NCBI GenBank assembly: GCA_963662315.1
Contig: OY759353.1
Location: forward strand, 2,752,001 to 2,816,000
DNA length: 64,000 bases
From: Geopsychrobacteraceae bacterium
GTDB taxonomy: Bacteria > Desulfobacterota > Desulfuromonadia > Desulfuromonadales > Geopsychrobacteraceae
Reading direction: 5' to 3'
In this document: piece after piece, positions 59,071 through 64,000 of the stretch
Layout of the letters: every line of letters begins with the position of its first letter
How positions within the stretch are numbered: position 1 is the first letter of the stretch
Made by a program: the position numbers and the translations under genes
Notes under the pieces: model-generated
What the model was told of the DNA's origin: nothing
The model's database searches: none
What the model saw: the letters and a program-made list of their open reading frames with translations, nothing else

Positions 59071-59919
59071 ATGCTCACAGCAATTCTTTGTCTTGGTGGA
59101 ATCGGACTGATCGCCTCAGCGACCCTTGGTCTTGCATCGAAAAAATTTGCCGTTGAAGTAGATCCCCGCGAAGCGGCAATTCTCGAAAGTCTTCCCGGAG
59201 CGAACTGCGGCGCCTGTGGTGAACCCGGCTGTTCCGGTTATGCCAAAGGGGTTGCCGAAGGACGTCTGGCACCGAACCTGTGTACACCGGGTGGCGCTGG
59301 AACCGTCGCCGCGATAGCTGAAATTCTTGGCGTTGAGGCCGTGACGGCTGAACCAAAAGTTGCTGTGGTTAAATGCCAGGGCGATAACAGTAAAGCGGCC
59401 AGCAAATATAAGTACCTCGGCATGTACGACTGTAATGCTGCCCAGAAACTGGCTGACGGACCCAAAACCTGCCCGAGCGGCTGTCTCGGCCTGGGATCCT
59501 GCGCGAAAGCCTGCCCATTCGGAGCTATCGAGATGACCGAGCTGGGACTGGCTGTCATTGACCGGGAAAAATGTACCGGCTGCGAAAAATGTGTCGCTGT
59601 CTGCCCGCGCCAGGTCATCTCCATGACCCCCAAAGCGGTCACCACTCATGTTCTGTGCAACAGCCATGACAAGGGTGCTGCCGTCCGCAAATATTGTGAA
59701 GTTGGCTGTATTGGCTGCAACATCTGCAAAAAGACCGTTCCCGAAGCCTATGCAATTGAAAACTTCCTGGCCAGCGTGATCTATGAAAGCGCCACAGGCG
59801 CTGAAGCTGCCATCGAAAAATGTCCGATGAAATGTATCCGCGATTTCAGTACCGGCTATCCGGAAGGAAGCAGCTTTACTGCTCCTAACGCTCCGGCCAA
59901 GCAGGAAACTGCAGCATAA
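59071..59919 (+). CDS. rnfB: Rnf complex subunit B
   Basis: LPGANCGACGEPGC, multiple 4Fe-4S motifs. Confidence 0.95.
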   Translation: MLTAILCLGGIGLIASATLGLASKKFAVEVDPREAAILESLPGANCGACGEPGCSGYAKGVAEGRLAPNLCTPGGAGTVAAIAEILGVEAVTAEPKVAVVKCQGDNSKAASKYKYLGMYDCNAAQKLADGPKTCPSGCLGLGSCAKACPFGAIEMTELGLAVIDREKCTGCEKCVAVCPRQVISMTPKAVTTHVLCNSHDKGAAVRKYCEVGCIGCNICKKTVPEAYAIENFLASVIYESATGAEAAIEKCPMKCIRDFSTGYPEGSSFTAPNAPAKQETAA

Positions 59920-59936
59920 AAAGGATTGAAACAGGT

Positions 59937-61253
59937 ATGAATCTCAAAACTTTTGCGGGTGGACTTCATCCGCCAGACAGCAAGCATTATTCCGCGCACA
60001 AGGCGATTGAGAACTGCCCACTGCCAGAAGAGTTGGTTATTCCAGCCGCCCAGCACATTGGGGCTCCGGCCGAAATCTGTGTTGCCGTAGGTGATCAGGT
60101 TAAAAAAGGTTCGGTCATCGCCAATCCTAAAGGTTTCGTTTCGGTGCCGATCCACGCTTCGACCTCTGGTGAGGTTATTGCCGTTGAACCGCGCCTGCAC
60201 CCGACCGGGCGTCTTTTACCATCGGTTGTTATCAAACCTGATGGTCTTGACGAATGGGATCCAACCCTGAGTGGCAACGATCCTGATCAACTTGACGCAG
60301 ACACCCTGAAGAAACTCATTTGTTCTGCAGGTATTGTCGGCTTGGGTGGTGCGACCTTCCCTGCCCACGTCAAGCTGTCCCCCCCGGCAGAAAAACCCAT
60401 CGACACCCTGATTCTCAATGGTGTCGAATGTGAACCGTTTCTGACCGCCGATCATCGTTTGATGCTTGAACAAAGCGAGCGCATTATTGACGGGATCAAG
60501 ATCCTGCTTAAAGTTCTCGGGATCAGCAAAGCAGTTATCGGTATTGAAAATAATAAACCGGATGCTATTGAAAAACTGACTGCTGAATGCGCTCCCCACG
60601 GCATTGACGTTCAGGCCCTCGAAGTCAAATATCCACAAGGCGCCGAGAAACAGCTTATTGACGCCATTACCGGACGTCAGGTTCCTTCCGGGGGACTGCC
60701 GATGGATTGTGGTGTCGTGGTGCAGAATGTTGGTACCGCGGCTGCGATCAGCGACGCAATCCGCCTTGGTCACCCATTGGTGGAACGGATTGCGACGGTA
60801 ACCGGTCCGGCTGTTAAAGAGCCGAAAAACCTGAAGATCGCCATCGGGACGTCTCTGTCTCACATGGTTGACTTCTGCGGCGGTCTGAACTGCGAACCGG
60901 GAAAAATTATCATGGGTGGCCCAATGATGGGGCAGACCCAGATTTCTCTCGATGTTCCTGCTGTGCGTGGTACCTCCGGGGTCCTTATCTTTGGTGCGGA
61001 TCAGATCGATACCAGACCGGCTGGGCCCTGCATCCGCTGTGGCCGTTGTATCAGCGTCTGCCCGATTCATCTGCAGCCGACCTCAATCGCGACCTATGCA
61101 CGCTTAGATCTCGTTGATGAAGCCGAGCGATTCAACGCACTTGATTGTATCGAGTGTGGTTGCTGTACCTACATTTGCCCGGCCTCTTTACCGTTGGTTC
61201 AATCGATCCGTCATATCAAGGGCGGCATCATGGCCAAGAGAAGGAAGTCCTGA
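59937..61253 (+). CDS. rnfC: Rnf complex subunit C
   Basis: QHIGAPA, GIVGLGGATFP, NGVECEPFLTAD, KYPQGAEKQL, CIRCGRC, CIECGCC. Confidence 0.96.
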   Translation: MNLKTFAGGLHPPDSKHYSAHKAIENCPLPEELVIPAAQHIGAPAEICVAVGDQVKKGSVIANPKGFVSVPIHASTSGEVIAVEPRLHPTGRLLPSVVIKPDGLDEWDPTLSGNDPDQLDADTLKKLICSAGIVGLGGATFPAHVKLSPPAEKPIDTLILNGVECEPFLTADHRLMLEQSERIIDGIKILLKVLGISKAVIGIENNKPDAIEKLTAECAPHGIDVQALEVKYPQGAEKQLIDAITGRQVPSGGLPMDCGVVVQNVGTAAAISDAIRLGHPLVERIATVTGPAVKEPKNLKIAIGTSLSHMVDFCGGLNCEPGKIIMGGPMMGQTQISLDVPAVRGTSGVLIFGADQIDTRPAGPCIRCGRCISVCPIHLQPTSIATYARLDLVDEAERFNALDCIECGCCTYICPASLPLVQSIRHIKGGIMAKRRKS

Positions 61254-61254
61254 C

Positions 61255-62244
61255 GTGGAAAATCAGCTTTATTTATCATCTTCCCCCCATGTGCACAGTC
61301 CGGAAACGACTGATAAAATCATGCGGCTGGTCATCTACGCCCTGCTGCCAGCAGTTATCGTTTCCCTGTATTTTTTTGGTCTGCCTGCGCTGAAAACAAT
61401 GGTCCTCTGTACCCTTGGTGCTGTTGCCTTTGAGGCATTGAGCTGCAAGATCATGAAACAACCGCTGTCCATCGCTGATGGTTCAGGAGCATTAACCGGG
61501 ATTCTGCTGGCCCTCAATATGCCTGCATCCAGCCCCTGGTGGATGTCATTGTTCGGAGCGGCCATCGCCATTATCATCGGCAAGATGATTTACGGCGGTC
61601 TGGGTTACAATCCGTTCAATCCAGCCCTTGTGGCCCGGGTGGTCCTGCTGATTTCCTTCCCGGTACAGATGACGTCCTGGACGGCCCCAGCACCCCTGAC
61701 CAGTGGTCTTGATGCCGTGACAGCTGCAACGCCACTCGGTGAAATGAAAACTGCCGTCATGCTGACCGGCAAACTTCCAGAACTGGCAACCAGCGGCTTC
61801 GGCAACTATTTTGTCGGTAACATGGGTGGTTGCCTCGGTGAAGTATCAGCCATCGCCCTGTTACTCGGTGGTCTGTTCCTGATTTTCAAAAAGGTGATCA
61901 GCTGGCATATTCCCGTCAGTTTCCTCGGCACTGTCATCGTGTTCGGCGGTATTTTCTGGTTGGCCGATCCAAGCAAATATCCTAACCCGCTGTTCCATCT
62001 GGTGACCGGTGGTCTGCTCCTCGGTGCCTTCTTCATGGCAACCGACATGGTTACTTCTCCAGTCACCTACCGCGGCATGCTCATTTTCGGTTTTGGTTGC
62101 GGTGTATTGACTGTGCTCATTCGTCTGTTCGGCGGTTATCCAGAGGGTGTATCCTTCGCCATCCTGCTGATGAACGCTGTTACCCCACTTATTGATCGTT
62201 ACAGCCGCCCGAAAATCTATGGGCAGGTTGAAACAAAAGCCTAA
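61255..62244 (+). CDS. rnfD: Rnf complex subunit D
   Basis: SSSPH, GGLGYNPFNPA, TAATPL FMN site, FFMATD, GYPEGV; GTG start at 61255. Confidence 0.95.
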   Translation: MENQLYLSSSPHVHSPETTDKIMRLVIYALLPAVIVSLYFFGLPALKTMVLCTLGAVAFEALSCKIMKQPLSIADGSGALTGILLALNMPASSPWWMSLFGAAIAIIIGKMIYGGLGYNPFNPALVARVVLLISFPVQMTSWTAPAPLTSGLDAVTAATPLGEMKTAVMLTGKLPELATSGFGNYFVGNMGGCLGEVSAIALLLGGLFLIFKKVISWHIPVSFLGTVIVFGGIFWLADPSKYPNPLFHLVTGGLLLGAFFMATDMVTSPVTYRGMLIFGFGCGVLTVLIRLFGGYPEGVSFAILLMNAVTPLIDRYSRPKIYGQVETKA

Positions 62245-62263
62245 AGGCGGAGGAGAGTAGATT

Positions 62264-62866
62264 ATGAAAGATATCAGCCGCCTGCTTATCGCCCTGACCC
62301 TGATCGCTGGCTGTGCGGGTTTTGTCCTGTCACTGGTCGAAGGTGTCACCCGCGAGCCGATCAAGGAACAGCGCCGCCTGCAAATGGTCAAAGCCTTAAG
62401 CGCAGTACTTCCCGAATTTGACAACAGCCCCGACACCGATACCGTTGTCCTGAACAATGGTGTCGACGCTAAAGGCAATCCGGTTGAGGTGACCTTTTAC
62501 CGGGCCCGTAAAAGCGACGCCCTGGTTGGAACCGCATTCAAAGTTGTCGCTCCCGATGGCTACAGTGGGAATATCGAGGTTATGGTTGGCTTGAAACCTG
62601 ATGAAACCCTCAATGCCATTGAAATTCTGGCCCACGCTGAAACCCCGGGTCTCGGCGCCCGCATCTCGGAGCCGGTTTTCAAGGATCAGTTTAAGAACAA
62701 AGGACTCGACAATGCTGATTGGCGAGTCAAGAAAGATGGTGGTGAATTCGACCAGATCTCCGGTGCTACCATTTCTCCGCGCGCCATTGTCGGTGCGGTT
62801 AAAAGCGGTCTCAATTTCTATCGCGAGCATCAACAGGAAATTGTCGCAGAGGGAGCAGCCAAATGA
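62264..62866 (+). CDS. rnfG: Rnf complex subunit G
   Basis: APDGYSG, HAETPGLG, DQISGATIS FMN site. Confidence 0.95.
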   Translation: MKDISRLLIALTLIAGCAGFVLSLVEGVTREPIKEQRRLQMVKALSAVLPEFDNSPDTDTVVLNNGVDAKGNPVEVTFYRARKSDALVGTAFKVVAPDGYSGNIEVMVGLKPDETLNAIEILAHAETPGLGARISEPVFKDQFKNKGLDNADWRVKKDGGEFDQISGATISPRAIVGAVKSGLNFYREHQQEIVAEGAAK

Positions 62867-63450
62867 GTTTAGTTCAAGATCTTACTAAAGGTATCTGGAA
62901 AGAGAATGCCGTATTCAAGCTGTTGCTTGGTATGTGTCCGACCCTCGCGGTAACCACCAGCGCCGAAAATGCCCTGGGTATGGGACTGGCAACCACTTTC
63001 GTTCTTGTCTGTTCGAACATTGCGATTGCCATGCTGCGTAAGCTGATTCCATCCAAGGTGCGGATTCCGGCGTTTATCATTATTATCGCCTCCTTCGTTA
63101 CCGTTGTTCAGCTGTCAATGGAAGCTTGGGTTTATGACCTTTATCAAGCCCTCGGTATCTTTATTCCGCTGATCGTCGTTAACTGCCTGATTCTCGGCCG
63201 TGCCGAAGCTTTTGCGTCGAAAAATCCGGTTCTGAATTCAGTCTTTGACGGCATCGGTATGGGTCTCGGCTTTACGCTGGGCCTGTTTATCCTGGGTGCT
63301 GTTCGTGAACTGTTTGGTGCCGGGTCAATCCTTGGCTTCAGCCTTTTCGGTGGCGGTTATCAACCGATCCTGCTGATGATTCTGCCGCCAGGTGCCTTTA
63401 TTACCCTGGGCCTGTTGCTGGCTGGCATGAATAAGTTTGAATCCAAGTAA
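62863..63450 (+). CDS. rnfE: Rnf complex subunit E
   Basis: LLGMCPTLAVT, IPLIVVNCLILGRAEAFA, LPPGAF. Confidence 0.95.
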   Translation: MSLVQDLTKGIWKENAVFKLLLGMCPTLAVTTSAENALGMGLATTFVLVCSNIAIAMLRKLIPSKVRIPAFIIIIASFVTVVQLSMEAWVYDLYQALGIFIPLIVVNCLILGRAEAFASKNPVLNSVFDGIGMGLGFTLGLFILGAVRELFGAGSILGFSLFGGGYQPILLMILPPGAFITLGLLLAGMNKFESK

Positions 63451-63473
63451 TTCGACGTTTCCAGTGTGAAAAT

Positions 63474-63510
63474 AAAAAGGCGCTGTTCCAAACCGGAACA
63501 GCGCCTTTTT
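63474..63510. terminator. Bidirectional intrinsic terminator
   Basis: AAAAAGGCGCTGTTCC-N5-GGAACAGCGCCTTTTT. Confidence 0.85.
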
Positions 63511-63588
63511 ATTAACCTTCTCTGCAAACTTCAGGTCCTATCGGAAATAACGAACCTGCTTTTCATATTTCCACCTGCCCTAAGGATA

Positions 63589-63972
63589 TTACCAACCGAC
63601 TTTGATAGCGACGTTAGGCAAACCGAGGACAACATGGGGCACTGGTGGTAACGGCAAGACAATGCTTCTATGGTCACGCACTACATGTTTTCTTACCACT
63701 GGCTGCTGATAATGATGATGATCGCTGTACCTTTTGGTGATACGTCTATCCTCATGACGGCAATCAAGATTGCGCCTGTCATGATGTGCCTTACGACGGT
63801 ATTCATGCTTGGTCAGTTTATGATGCCCTTTGCCATGGTCACACTGCTGTGAATAGTGCTGCTTAGTTCCATAACGATGGCCATCGCCTCTGAATCCTGC
63901 CTGAGCACTTGCCAGCATAGGAATTGTTAACAGTGCTGCAATCAAAAGAGCGGTCAAATAAATCCGTTTCAT
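63589..63972 (-). CDS. Secreted His/Arg-rich hypothetical protein
   Basis: AAGGAGG RBS, signal peptide ending ASA, His-rich low-complexity body, Pro-rich hydrophobic C-terminus ending in GW. Confidence 0.7.
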   Translation of the reverse strand: MKRIYLTALLIAALLTIPMLASAQAGFRGDGHRYGTKQHYSQQCDHGKGHHKLTKHEYRRKAHHDRRNLDCRHEDRRITKRYSDHHHYQQPVVRKHVVRDHRSIVLPLPPVPHVVLGLPNVAIKVGW

Positions 63973-64000
63973 GTGTGCCTCCTTAAAATCCGATTAAGTA

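Noticed and set aside
1..64000. rRNA, tRNA, CRISPR arrays, prophage or integrase genes
   Set aside because: None seen by eye; no regularly spaced repeats or recognisable cloverleaf or rRNA motifs

Overview
64-kb chromosomal window from an anaerobic Gram-negative bacterium; gene content and protein style suggest a Desulfuromonadales-type deltaproteobacterium (inference). Most of it is core metabolism and envelope: nikR; a MoxR/DUF58/VWA (Bat-like) operon; a Gld-type ABC operon; a lytic transglycosylase; a two-domain lipoprotein alkaline phosphatase; tetR, mobA and moeA; a group 3b [NiFe] hydrogenase operon; a TolC/MacAB-like efflux operon; gltBD; a LarA-like protein; a radical SAM protein; pflBA with a FocA-like channel; fbp; and a complete rnfABCDGE operon. 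The most unusual part is an accessory patch at about 40.0-48.7 kb. It has two paralogous ~410-aa membrane-anchored proteins, each preceded by the same 53-nt structured leader hairpin and each coupled to a homologous partner gene (M-x-x-D-L-G-S-x-R-I) that is cut off where a repeat or mobile element begins. It also has a RAYT-like HUH transposase flanked by 24-bp terminal inverted repeats that truncates genes on both sides, a Tlde1/DUF2778-like cell-wall toxin with an overlapping lipoprotein gene, and a 100-bp direct repeat of that toxin's promoter/RBS. Two families of dispersed palindromic repeats (three copies each) occur in intergenic spaces. No rRNA, tRNA or CRISPR array was seen. All family assignments come from motif recognition by eye, not from database searches.
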